The notes beneath the pieces are model-generated. The model was not told the origin of the DNA. It made no database searches and worked only from the letters and a program-made list of their open reading frames with translations. Made by a program: the position numbers and the translations under genes. Shown in pieces: positions 21,374 to 33,060 of a stretch of DNA of 43,866 nucleotides (position 1 is the first letter of the stretch; every line of letters starts with the position of its first letter). The DNA comes from Emiliania huxleyi CCMP1516 (Eukaryota): positions 181,074-224,939 of the forward strand of contig NW_005202176.1 in NCBI RefSeq assembly GCF_000372725.1, read 5' to 3'.

Positions 21374-22105
21374 CTACCCCTTGCCGTGCCGCCATGCGCG
21401 GTCGAGATCGGTGCTCGCGGCGGCCGCCCCTCGGTGCACGCACATCTCCATCCGCCGCCAGAGATCTGCCGTCGGGTCCCACCGAGCCTCGTCGTACCCG
21501 AGCAGCGGGGAGTTGACGTCGCGCATGTTCGCCGACTCGGCAAAGGCCGCCGCCTCGGGCGCGCACGCGGCCAGCCGCGACGCGAGGCCGTACACGTACA
21601 CCTGGCAGACCCGCACCTCGTCGATGCCCATCTCGGACGCCGAGGCGGCGAGGGCGGGCTTGCGGCGGCCGAGCCAGCTGGTCCTGCTCAGAAACGTGTC
21701 CTGCAGCTTCTGCCGCAGCGGCTCGACCTCCGCCGTCGCTCGCTGCCACTCGCCCTCGGCCTGCTGCCGCGCGCCCGCCGCCTCGACGTGGTCGAGCGTC
21801 TTGTCCGGCTGGACACCGACCGCCTCGCCGCACGCGAGGACGCAGCGCGCCATCGGCTCAAAGCCGGCGAGGCCGACCGCGACGGCGGTGTGCGCCGCCG
21901 TGAGCTGGCTCGGCAGCTGCTCCGCCGCCTCGGCGCGCCACTCACTGTACTCGGCACGGCACAGGTGCGATCCCATGCACGTCACCCACCAAGTGCGCGC
22001 CGCGAGGCGGCCGTCCTCGTCGCTGGCGCGCGCCAGCGCCTCGAGTGTGTTGCGGCACGACGCAAAGGCGGAGCGATACGCTCCACCGTCTGCGTCCTGC
22101 GCCAT
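21374..22105 (-). CDS. Hypothetical protein, about 243 aa
   Basis: ORF with coding-like codon bias; ATG at 22105; no family recognised. Confidence 0.6.
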   Translation of the reverse strand: MAQDADGGAYRSAFASCRNTLEALARASDEDGRLAARTWWVTCMGSHLCRAEYSEWRAEAAEQLPSQLTAAHTAVAVGLAGFEPMARCVLACGEAVGVQPDKTLDHVEAAGARQQAEGEWQRATAEVEPLRQKLQDTFLSRTSWLGRRKPALAASASEMGIDEVRVCQVYVYGLASRLAACAPEAAAFAESANMRDVNSPLLGYDEARWDPTADLWRRMEMCVHRGAAAASTDLDRAWRHGKG

Positions 22106-22180
22106 GTACACGCCAGCAACAGCCCTGGGCCGGCGGAAAAAGAAAAAAGAAACCCAAAAAAATATTTTTTGCGCACGACT

Positions 22181-23511
22181 CTAGTGCGTGTACCCAAAGT
22201 CCCTCAGGGCGGCCGGGTCCTGCCTCCAGTCCTTGCGCACCTTCACCGAGGTTTGCAGGTAGACCTGCTTGCAGAAGAAGGCCTCCATCTCCTTGCGCGC
22301 CTTTGAGCCGACCGCCTTGAGCGCGGCGCCCTTGCGGCCGATGACGATGCCCTGTTGCGTCTCGTGCGAGACAAAGATGGTCGCCTTGACCCGGATGATC
22401 TCGTCGAGCTCCTTGAAGGCGGTGATTGCAACCTCGCACGAGTATGGCACCTCCTGCCGGTAGCCGGTGAAGATGGCCTCGCGCAGCATCTCGGCGGCGA
22501 AGAAGCGCTCGGGCCGGTCCGTGAGCTGGTCCTTCGGGAAGAAAGGCTCGTGCAGAGGCAGGCAGGCGCGCACGCGGGCGAGCAGCGCCTCGGTCCCCTC
22601 GCCCGTCTCCGCGCTCACCGGAAGCACGCTCGCCTGCAAAGAAGCGGCCGGTGGGCAGGGCGGGCTGGGCGAAAAGGGGGCGGAGAGGGGCTCCGGCGGC
22701 GCCTGCGGGAAGCGCTGCTGCCAGCTGTCGAGCAGCTCCTGCTCTGTGCCGAGCCGGCGGAGCGTCTCTTGCGGCAGCGGCGAGCCGTCGCGCAGCAGGT
22801 CGACCTGGCGGGGTGGGGAGGCGGCGTGCGGCGCCGACGGACAGATAGCGCGCGGCGCGGCGCGGAGAGTGAGGAGGTCGCGTAGGCCGTGTGGCGGTGG
22901 CGGTGGCGGTGGCGGTGGCGGAGGCGGCGACACCTTGTTGAGCAGGACGATGAGCGGGCACGCCTGTGCCTCCACCTGCCTGAGGATGGCCTCGTCCTCC
23001 CAGCCCTGCTGGAAGACGTCCAGCACGAGCAGCACCAGGTCGGCGTCGTTGAGTGAGCCGCGCACCTACAGGCGGAGGCGGAAGGAGGCCGGCGGTGGCG
23101 GTGTTGCGGTGGAGAGGCTGGGCGCAGAGCGAGAGAGAGAGAAGCGCGCGCCGCGGCCATCATTCCCTCTTGCAGCTTATACTGCGGCTCGGAGTAAATG
23201 CCGGGCGTATCCGAATAGATGAGCTGATAGTCATCTCCGTTGAGGATGCCGAGGATGCGGTGGCGCGTCGTGCCCGCCTTTGGCGTCATGATGGCGAGCC
23301 GCTCGCCGACCAGCCGGTTCATCAGTGTCGACTTGCCCACGTTTGGCATGCCGATGATGGAGACGAAGCCGGCGCGATGCGGTGCGGGCTCGGCGCTGTC
23401 CTCCACGGCCGCGCGAACAGGCTGCAGCCGCGGCGCGACATGGCCGCGCCACGCGGCCGGGCAGGTGGTGACGCCGGCTAGCAGCGGAGAGAGGAACAGA
23501 AAGGGCGTCAT
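22181..23511 (-). CDS. era: GTPase Era, probably plastid-targeted; 4 exons
   Basis: G1 [17 protein letters not shown]3 DTPG, G4 [28 protein letters not shown] domain GIVIGRKG. N-terminal signal plus transit-like leader. Three introns, two with GC donors. Confidence 0.95.
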
Positions 23512-24079
23512 CTGTTCGGGCTGCGGCGCGAAATCGCGATTTCTTCCTGGCGTCTTCGTTGATCAGCGTCTTCGTTGATCAGCGTCGAGGCGGCGTTGCC
23601 TCGCTGGAAGAATTCAATGGAAGAATTCAACTTCGGTTCTCCTGGCGTCCCGTCCTCCCATCCCTCCCTTGGGGTGTCTGTTTTCTTTCTTTCTTTTTTC
23701 TCCTTGCTTCTTTTTCCGATATTCTTTGGGTCTTTTGCGTTGTCTTTGGCCACAAGGTAGCTCTGCCGCCGACAGGCCGACTACCCCCCCCCGCCTAGCA
23801 TGTGCGGTTTTTCTGAGAATGAGGAATGTCACGCCACATGCGTCTCAGACGCCTCTGAATGAACGCAACCGAGAGCCGCAGCGATCATAAACGGCAGAAC
23901 GCCGCGCCGGGCGCGCAATCCCGCAAATAAGGCCGAAGCGGCTTTCCTGCGCGCTGCGGCGCGGTCGGAGTTTCGGTGGCCCCGGATTTCCTGTCAGGTT
24001 CACGCGCGCGCCCCCATCACGAGATAGTGGCAGCTAGAGGGTCGATGAGGCGAACGCCCTCGGCGCGAGGCGGCGGCAC

Positions 24080-25105
24080 CTAGGATGAGGGGCGGGCGTC
24101 GGCGGGCAAAAACGGGGAGGCAGGGGCTTGGAGGCTCGCCCAGGAGGGGGGCGGAGTCACCGCGTATCCGAGCTGCTCCATGCCCTGGATGGCGACGTCG
24201 AGCACAAGGCTCACCGAGCCAAAGGACTGCACGCGCGTCACCTGGTCGATAGGATACGGTGGTGGAGAAGAGAGCGGGCCGGGGCGAACAGATGCAGGGA
24301 CTGGTCGCCTCTCGCCCCTCGCCCTTTGCAGGGAAGAGCGACTCGATGAACTCGGGCCGCATCCCGTTGAGCCACGACTGCAGCCGGCCGAGCAGCGAGG
24401 AAGCGAGCGGCCGGAACGTGCGCACAGTCACGCGGTGGCGGCCGGGCGTGAGAGGCAGGTGCACTGCTCCGTACCTTGGCGGGAGCACGTGGCGTAAGCG
24501 TTGGGGCGCGAGAGGTGGCTGGGGCGACAGGGCGGCCGAGAGCTCACCCCAGGATCATATCCGGACGTCCAAAGTAGTCCTCGCCGTAGACGGAGAGGAC
24601 AAGCTGCGGCCTGTCAGAGGGCGAGACCCGCGTGTTGGCCCCCCTTGGCCAAGGTTTGGTGAGCCGCGGGTGTGTCTCTCTATCTGTGTGCGTTACCATC
24701 CGTGTGGGCACGTCGAGCGAAAGGTGGCGTCGATGGGGAAGTTCCACACCTGGTGCAGGGGCGGGAAGGTATGGCCACACTCGCTCCAAGGCGGTGCGTA
24801 GACTGGGCCGGGCTGCGTCTGTGCGCACCACCGACCCGTTTGCAGTCGAGCCAGAGGAGGAGGCCATCTGCGTGATGCCTTCCTCCACGCCGCACATGAC
24901 GGACCTGAGGGAGAAGGATGGCGGTCCGGTGAGCGTGTGTTGTTGCCTGACTGGTGACAGAACGGGTCGTGTGGCACCAGTCCTCGCCGCACGAAAAGAC
25001 GTAGCGGCAGTAGAGTGAGGAGTTGCCCTCGAAACGACCCGACTCGATCTGCCCCGTCGCCATCACATTGAAATACCTTTGCTGGCCCGCGGACGGCGCT
25101 GCCAT
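24080..25105 (-). CDS. B9D1: B9 domain-containing protein 1 (ciliary transition zone, MKS module); 6 exons
   Basis: Spliced protein: GQIESG..LYCRYVFSCGEDW|SVMCGVEEGITQ..|VWNFPIDATFRSTCPHGW|PQLVLSVYGEDYFG..|YGAVHLPLTPGRH..RPEF..GEGRE|VTRVQSFG. Four GT-AG introns and one GC-AG intron. Confidence 0.93.
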
Positions 25106-25444
25106 GGTCGGGTTGCACAGGGCGTGGGCGATGGCGGAGGGGTCGTTCAACCACCAACCACGCAACGCCGGGCCTCGTGCGTCCGTAACGGCGCGCCTTC
25201 ATTCCGTTTACGTGGCTCTTACGTACATTCCCGTAGGAGGACTCTGCTGACAGGGTTTGCGATGAGGAGCGACCCGAAGGGTTTCTCGGAGGTTAGTGCA
25301 CCACTAACCGCCGAAGCGCAATTCCCACACGCATTCCGAATTGCATGGGGTCCGCCATCGAGAGGTCTCCGTCCGCCAAGCCGCACGCATCGACGCGGGC
25401 TCGCTTGTAGGCCGTGGTGAGACCGCGAGAGGTGGCCGAGGGCT

Positions 25445-25590
25445 AGCCGAGAGGGAGCCGAGAGGGAGCCGAGAGGAGCCGAGAGGGAGCCGAGAGGCAG
25501 CCGAGAGGAGCCGAGAGGAGCCGAGAGGGAGCCGAGAGGGAGCCGAGAGGTAGCCAAGGGGTAGCCGAGAGGCAGCCGAGAGGGAGCCGC
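25445..25590. repeat. 10/11-bp minisatellite (GAGCCGAGAG[G])n
   Basis: About 13 tandem units. Confidence 0.9.
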
Positions 25591-25768
25591 GAGGTACTAA
25601 GCACCAGCCTCGTTGTAGAGGTAAAAGTAGAGGCCGGTCGAGACGGTGTACTTGAGGATGTACGACGCCTACCGCACCCCCATAGTACCGAATCCAGTGT
25701 GGGTTCAGTCCCGTGGGTGGTGTGGTATTGAGCATGTGGGCCGCCTGCGCATCGCCGCCCCCCGCTTC

Positions 25769-25845
25769 ATCTCGGGCCAATCTCGGGCCAATCTCGGGCC
25801 AATCTCGGGGGGCCAATCTCGGGCCAATCTCGGGCCAATCTCGGG
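25769..25845. repeat. 11-bp minisatellite (ATCTCGGGCCA)n
   Basis: About 6-7 tandem units. Confidence 0.9.
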
Positions 25846-26075
25846 TGCAGGGTCTCTGGCACGCGCCGGCTTGCTTGATTGACCGCCGTCGCGGCGCTGT
25901 GCACAGCCTGGCGGGAGAGGCACTTTACAGGCGCCGCGGTAACAAAGTCGCGTTTCTCTTTTTTTGCGAGACTGTTTTAGCTATTGGAAGAAAAGGTTGT
26001 CTCTCGCGCGGGGAAGGTGCCAGCAAGCGAGCGATAAGAATTAAAGAAATAACCGAATCTTCCTCTGGTTGATCG

Positions 26076-26632
26076 ATGCGCTCGCACTCGATGCGCTTGA
26101 TCGTGCTCCTCGCGGCGACCTCGCCCGCTGTCTCGGTGCTGGCGCCCACCAAATCAGCCTGTGACGTTCTGCGTTCGCAACTTCGCGGCCGCGAGACTGC
26201 CAGCTGCGCGCTCGGCGCCACTCAGGTTAGCGTCCGGGTCCTCGATATCGTCAGCCCGCTGCAGGTTCCTCACGGCAAGAAGGTGCCTTGCCTGACACTG
26301 ACCAACATCCACGTCGAGCGAGCGGCAAGGCGCAAGGGTCACGCTAGAAAAACTTTGCACGCTTTGCGCACGGTCGCTGCTGGCTCAGGGCGTGCGTTGC
26401 TTGTCGAGAACGTCGTCTCTCAGAAGATGCACGCCCTCGTGAGAGATCTCGGCGGTCAGCCCCTCTTTGGTGCGCTGGGACGCCATCACTCAGTTTCCCA
26501 CTCTTAATAGACCACACGAGAGCCGACACGCCCCTCTACCTTGTAGGCTGCAGAGCCGGCGCCAAGGGCTGCACGTACTGGCTCCCTGACGAGTCGAGAC
26601 GGACTTGGAAAGAGATGACAGTCGAGCGGTAG
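26076..26632 (+). CDS. Small GNAT-fold-like protein with N-terminal signal peptide; 2 exons
   Basis: Hydrophobic leader MRLIVLLAATSPAVS; LTNIHVERAARRKGHA resembles GNAT motif A. Intron 26470-26546 restores the frame to TAG at 26630. Confidence 0.6.
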
Positions 26633-27038
26633 AGGCAGCGGCATCGGTGAGGTACGAAGGGCGTGTGCTGCTGCCAGCTGGAGCTGGACGAGGCTGGAGC
26701 GCCCTGCGAGTAGAGTACAGTCGAGTCTATGTAGCGGGAAAGGATAAGGAACCGCAGCACGGGGACCTTTTTTTGTGTGGGTCGTGAAAAAAAAAGTAAT
26801 ATATCTTTACTTCCAAAACCCGGACGTGCCTCTGTGTGGGTCGTGAAATAACTGATTTGCGGTGTATTACCCGGTCAGCCCGAGAGCAGAGTAGGGCGCT
26901 TACTCCGCTGCGCAAGGACAAGCACACGTAAGCACGGGCGGGAGGGGCTTCTCCTGCGTGGAGTCGTCGGTCGTGCATGCGCAGGTGGGGCTCTCCTCTT
27001 TGCTTTCTTCTACTCCCTACTATCATCTCGTTCCCCTC

Positions 27039-27610
27039 CTACCAGGGAGCAATCGAAACCGCGAAGACGGCCACCGGGGCCGCTATCATACTCTGCCCCA
27101 CAACCCACGTCGCGAGGAGGACGGGTCTTCGTTCCCGACGGAAGGGTGTCAGCCAGCTATACAGCAAGCAGATCCCGACGGAAGCGAGCGCGATGAAGGC
27201 GGCGCACGCCTTGTTTATGTAGGTGTAGGCCAAGACCAGCCGCTCCCTGTCTCCCTTGGAATCGTCGAACTTGGTGGGGGATGTAGACATGCTGAAGTCC
27301 GCCAGGTGCTGAGGGAGGGTGAGGGAGCTGGCCAGGACGTGGAGCAGGGCACCGGACACGTAGAGGCTCGTCATCCACGACAGGGCCTCCCAGCGCAGCT
27401 CGCCTACCACAATCACGTGGCTTAAGTGCTCACCGAGTCCATCAGCAAACCACGAGCTTCCTCCCAGCAGCCCAGCTCACTCCAGCGCCGGACGATGGTG
27501 CGGCGCCGCTCCCGCCGGTGCGCCTCGGAATGCTCGGCGCCCAGCGCATCCAGCTGTAGCAGACGCCACTGCACCTGCGGTCCCCAGTTGCTTGATGTGG
27601 CCGCGTACAT
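27039..27610 (-). pseudogene. Possible membrane-protein gene fragment(s)
   Basis: ORF 27039-27416 has 2-3 hydrophobic helices. The upstream ORF 27422-27712 ends in a stop with no clear splice connection. Confidence 0.25.
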
Positions 27611-28099
27611 CTGCGCGTGAACTCTGACTCCGCTAACGTTTACACGAGGCCGGGGGGGGGTGCGAGGTGGACTAATGCGATCACTAATCCGTGATGAGAG
27701 CCACTCAGCCACTCACCAAGAGTCGAAGGGCGGCGACCGACTTTGCGCGCATCAAGTAGTTGATCATTCGTTGTGGCAGAAGGGTTTTGAGCCAATAGGT
27801 GTTGTCGGCGGCGGCGTTGTCCTATTCGAGGCCCGGCTTGTGACAGGGCGAGATTGGTGGGGGGATTCGAACCTCGAGAACGAGGCGCCACGGTCGCAGG
27901 CATGATTTCTGGGTGCCTCAGCAGTGATGGCATCACCCGAGCGATCCTCACCGCCTGGGGTGAGATCAGCCGAGATCAGCCGAGATCAGTCGAGATTAGC
28001 CGAGGTTAGCCGAGATCAGGAGTCGGTGTTGCCTGCTCGCGGCCTTCGTTGCCAGGCACCACGAGTCTGCTGCCCGGGAAGAGCGGCGGCGCGGACAGT

Positions 28100-28534
28100 A
28101 GCACCATGAAGTACCTCAAGGCGTACAGCACCTGCTCCATGAAGGCAGCCCCCTTTACCTGCGGTTGCGCGCGAGGCGTGTGCGTTGGCCCGTGCGGCAA
28201 AGGGCGGAGAAGAGGAGGGGGAGGCTGAAGGCACTGGCTGGCCGCTCGCCCGCGAGGTGCCAGCGAGGAGAGAGGCGAGCTTGAACGGCGCGAAGACTAT
28301 GAGATTCTCCACGATGTGCGCGTCCGTGAGCACTGCCTCCCTGAAGAAGTGCGAGGTCCCAAGGCAGAGGACGAAGTCCCTCGGCGACAAAGCCGCCGTG
28401 ACGAGCGCGTGGTGTATGTACGCGTCCTCGCATCCATTGAACGCGAGGTGAAAGTCATGGGCGCGCCGCGCAGCGGCGTCGACAGCGTCGCGCGCGCTGT
28501 CTTGAGAGGTCTGCCGAGCTTTTGTGCGACCCAT
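28100..28534 (-). CDS. Hypothetical spliced protein (MGRTKARQ...); 3' end not resolved
   Basis: ATG at 28534, coding-like segment to FKLASLL, then a possible downstream exon VKGAAFMEQVLYALRYF after CAG at ~28160. Confidence 0.35.
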
Positions 28535-29053
28535 ATGTGTGTGATGTTCTCGGAGGACGGCTGAGGCATAACGCCGATGAGAGAGAGACGCCGAGATTGA
28601 AAGAGTGAGAAACTGAGCCGGCTTGCTGGACGTTGTGACATTTGGCGATTCCGCGGCTTGTGCTGCTACTGGGCCCCTGAGCCGCTCCCCGTGTGCGATT
28701 CTTGTGGCCCCAACCAAGTAAACGGGTCAGAACCGGCCAAACACAGGCTACAGCCCCACACACACGCCACACACGCGCCCGCCATAGCTCCTGGAGAGCA
28801 CGCGCGAGTGATGCGCTGCAAGCCGCGAGAGTGGCATATACGCATAGATCAGAGGCAGGAACGACCTGCTCGTCCTTGTGCTCCTCACACGAGGCCCGAG
28901 GGCCGAGGTCGCAGGTGGCGCACAGCCTGGCAGGTCCGGGCTCCGGCGTCCGCGCGCCGAGGCTCCCCGAGGCCGCCCTCCAGGGCTGGACCTAGTCCGT
29001 TATTAGTCGACAAGGAAGTGGGTTGCTATTACGAAAGCCGTACACCATACATC

Positions 29054-29516
29054 TTGGCCTTTACACGCTTTTCTCTGCAAAGGCTATCTATATTCTTTGC
29101 ATCATATTCTCTCTGGGCCCTCTATATTCTCGAGAATATTCTCGAATATTGAGAATATTTTGACCTCGCGTATATCGACGGAGACCAAAAGTCGCTCCCA
29201 AACCCGCTCAGAACCTCCAAAACTTAAAGATTTCAGTCGGCATCGACCCGAAACCTACTGTTGAGGGGGGAATAGCTGTTTCGAGCTCTCTCGTCAAGAC
29301 CGTTTTAGACGCCGCACAGCGGCAACGTCAAGAATATTCAAGAATATCTTTGGACTCAAGGTCCACCAAGGTCAAGGGCTGCGGAAAGCTCGTATATTCT
29401 TGAGGGAAAAGCCGGCCGGGGCATCTATATTCTCGAGAATATTCTCGAATATGGAAGTGCGCGGGACCCTCTATATTCTCAAACAAAGATATTTGAGAAT
29501 ATGGTGTAAAGGCCAA
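29054..29516. mobile_element. AT-rich MITE-like element with 13-bp perfect TIRs and internal palindromic repeats
   Basis: ttggcctttacac (29054-29066) and gtgtaaaggccaa (29504-29516). Internal direct repeat tctatattctcgagaatattctcgaatat at ~29121 and ~29424. Confidence 0.6.
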
Positions 29517-30527
29517 CATACATCCCTGCGAGAGACCGCCACTTCCACTCGCCACTCCATCCACCCCAAACCCCACAAACCGTGTTCCTGTATCAATTCA
29601 CTGCATACGCCTCCCCCCCCCCCCCCCCCCCAAGTAGCATGCTGTTTTCTGTGTTGGCCGCCGCTGACGCCCAAATCCTATCTCCGGGTCTCGTTCGGTG
29701 ATGAGCAGAGGCCGTTCCCACGGGGCTGCCTTCCCAGCTGGCCACACCTTCCTAGGAACAGGAACCCTGCCCTGTCTGCTATAGCCGCAGCCACTCCCAG
29801 CTACTCGGTGTGATATGCACATGATTTAGATTCGATCGACGATTCGAGTTTGAGACACGTTCGAGACACTTGAGACCACTTTGAGACACCTTCGCGCTAG
29901 CTGCTCAGTTCGCTGCACGTCTCGTCGCGCTTGGCGGCGCGAGCGGCGGAGTGAGAGGCGCCTGTGCACGCGGCCGAGAGGCGCTGTCGTCATGCAGGAG
30001 CCGGCGCGTCGAGCAGGGCCAGCACCGGCAGCGCGGCCGTCGACAAGGTAGCGACAAGGAAGAGAGCGGCGCTTTCGGCACAGGGCTGGCGAAGAGAAAA
30101 GACGCCGGCGGCGGGCGGAGGCGATCAAGGCGCGACGAGGGCCAGGTCACGGCGACCTCGCACGGGCCGGCGCGGCGAGAGGACCTGGCTGGGGCACGGC
30201 GATAGGTGGTCGGCGAGCGTTGAGCACTCTGTGGCCAGACTCAGATGCTTACAAGACGGTGTCGGGTGAGGGAGAGGGCTGGCTCACCGTGGGTAGGGTT
30301 GCCGTGCGTGTGGTAACACTGTTTGAAATTGGGTGATGTTCATCTTCACAGCAGTGCCTGAAATGAGTTCTTTTTGCGGGTCTCAGAGCGTCTTGCGAAA
30401 GCTGAGGAAGAAATAAAACCACCGGCGAGAATGAACAGAGTTCGTACCGAGCAGCAGGGAGCTCCGCAAGACCGAGGCCCCTCGGTGTTCACAGCGTGAA
30501 GAGACGCCATCTCGTGTGCACACGCCG

Positions 30528-33060
30528 ATGGGCAAGTCAGCTCGTGCTCTCACCGCCGCCGACCACAAAGGCATCCCGCTGCTGGCGGCCCTCGACGAGC
30601 AGCTCGTCGCCGCCCTCAACTCGGGCGCCATCAAGCTGCTCCGCGCCGAGTTTCTGCGCGCCGACGGCTCCGAAACGGTGCTGCCCGAGCTCCTCCGCCG
30701 GCAAGAGCTGGAGCGGATGGAGGCGGAGCGGGGCATTCAAATCTTCCTCACACCAGACGAGGCTGTCGCGGCGCTGCGCTCGCTCAGCCGCGAAGTCGCC
30801 GGGCTGACTTACGGCTGGGGCTCGCCGGACCACCCCGACGTGACCGGAGAGTATCTGGCCAACGTGCGGCGCTTCCTGCGCCACCCGCTCGGCGAGCACG
30901 TGACGGCCCTCTTCTGGGAGTGCGCCCGCCGCCCAAAGCCCGCCCCAGACCGCAGTGGTTGCACGCGTGCGAGGGCAGGCCTTCCCTCTGCGCCTATCCC
31001 TCACTTGACACTCCTCTCACGCTCTGCCGCCCCCGCCCCCCGTGTGCCCCTCCCCTCCGCAGCTTCTCCTCCCTCCCGCAAAAGCCAAGGACAGCGGCAG
31101 AGGACGAGTTCTTCTCCCTGGCGCTCATGGTCCGCCCCCCCCGCCTCCTCTCCGCCGCCCTCTGCGCCCGCCGCTCTTCTACTCCCCACTCCCTCGCCCA
31201 CACATGCCCGTGCTTCTCCTAAGGCCTCCCTTCTTCTCGCCCCTCCCCAGGTCATGGGCGACGTCTACGCCTCTGCCCTCGGCACGATCGTCATCCGCCA
31301 CCTCTCCGTGCCAGCCCGGCCGGCGGAGCTGGACGGCGAGGTGGTCATCCTCGTCGAGAAGGGCGGCGGGCTCGACGGCGCCGGCGCCGAGGCCGAGCTG
31401 CGCAGTGCTCTCGGGGCGTTTGAGAACCCGCGCTACGAGGAGGGCCGGTGGCGCGTGCGCTTCCCAACGCACGCGGCGGCGGAGGAGGCGGTCAAGGCAG
31501 CCGCTGCAGCGGGTGCGCTGCCGGGCGCGATCGCCGTCTTCCTCTTCTACAACGGCCGCCCTTACCTCGCTCGCGGGTGCGGACGCCCCCCCCCCCTCCC
31601 TCCTCCCTACAGTTTCTACCCTTCCCTTCCACCGCCGCCGCCGCGATGCGGCGTGCGAGAGTCCCCAACCCCACCACCACAGCTCTACTCTTCCGCTACC
31701 CCCGCGGATGACGATCGTGCCGAGGGCGGAGGCGTAGACGTCGCCCATGACCTGAGGCTCTCCTCATGGTNNNNNNNNNNNNNNNNNNNNNNNNNNNNNN
31801 NNNNNNNNNNNNNNNNNNNNNNNNNNNNNNNNNNNNNNNNNNNNNNNNNNNNNNNNNNNNNNNNNNNNNNCCCTTTTTTTTTTTTTAAAAAGGGGCCCCT
31901 TTTTTTCTTTGGGGGGGGGGGGGGCCCCCCCCCCTTCCTTCTTCCAAAAAGTTTTTACCTTTCCTTTCCCCCCCCCCCCCCCGGATGGGGCTTGGAAAAT
32001 TCCCCAACCCCCCCCCCAAAGTTTTTTTTTTTGGTTACCCCCCCCCCCCCCCGGCCAAAAAAAAACACCCACCCCACATTCCATCCCCATGCATTCCCCC
32101 CCCCCCCCCCGCCCCCCCCGCCCCCCGCCCCCCTCCTCCGCTGGCAGGTGGACGACGTTTGAGAGCGCGGTGAGCACCGAGGCGCTCGCGCGCCTCGCCT
32201 ACTTCCCAGGACTGGGCAAGCTGCTGGAAGAGCGGCTGCCGCCCAAGGTGATGGAGATCGACGGCGAGGGGCCCCGTGTGGCAGAGATGGAGGACCGCGC
32301 CGACGAGGGGATGGGGCCGCGGAACGAGCGCGTGATCACAGCGATTCAGGAGGCCACGTTTACGGGCAAGGGCGACAAGCCGGTGGTCGTCCAGCTGTAC
32401 CGTGACTACGCTGCCAAGGTGGGCAGCGCGATGAATGCCTCGGGCGAGGGGGTTGCGGGAGAGTATCAGGGCGAGCGCAGCGCGGCGGGTGAGGCCGAGG
32501 GGTGCGGTGTTGGAAGGTACGCCGACGGCAACGTCTATGAGGGCGAGTTCAAGGCGAACAAGTTCGACGGGCGAGGCGTCATGCAGTACGCCTGGGGCGA
32601 TGTCTACGATGGCGAGTGGAAGGCGGGTCAGAAGGAAGGACGCGGTGTCTATCGGTTAGCCAATGGGAACATCTACGAGGGCGAGTGGAAAGCGAATATG
32701 AAGGAGGGGCGCGGCGTTGCCCGGTTCGCCGATGGCGACGTCTACGACGGCGAGTTCAAGGCGGGTAAGCAGGAGGGGCGCGGCGTCTACCGGCTCGCCA
32801 ACGGCGACGTCTACGACGGCGAGTGGAAGGCGGATAAGAAGGAGGGGCGCGGCGTCTTCCGGTTCGCCAGCGGCGACGTGGATGCGGTCGTCTTCATGCA
32901 GGATGCCCCCGTCGGCGAGGCTGTCCGGTGGCTGGCGGACGGGCGGCGGGCGGTGCGGCTGCGTGACGGGGAGCTGGTGGAGATGATCTCGCTGGAGGAG
33001 GCGCGGCGGACCGCCGAGCGGCTCGGGCTCCTCATCCCCTCCCCGCTGCCCGGCGCGTGA
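30528..33060 (+). CDS. HET-like domain protein with C-terminal MORN repeats; 4 exons, spans an assembly gap
   Basis: Spliced N-terminal domain: LTYGWGSPDHPD..LFWD|FSSLPQKPR..F.LALM|VMGDVYAS..YLARG|WTTFE (introns 30920-31062, 31130-31250, 31577-32147). Then 5-6 MORN repeats (YEGEWKA..KEGRGV..ANGDV). Confidence 0.8.
31771..31870. other. Assembly gap (100 N), followed by low-quality homopolymer-rich sequence
   Basis: Run of N. Confidence 1.

Noticed and set aside
31871..32130. Homopolymer-rich, Pro/Gly-rich ORF segment
   Set aside because: It is a degraded copy of the intron sequence at ~31577-31700, typical of a poor read end next to the gap.
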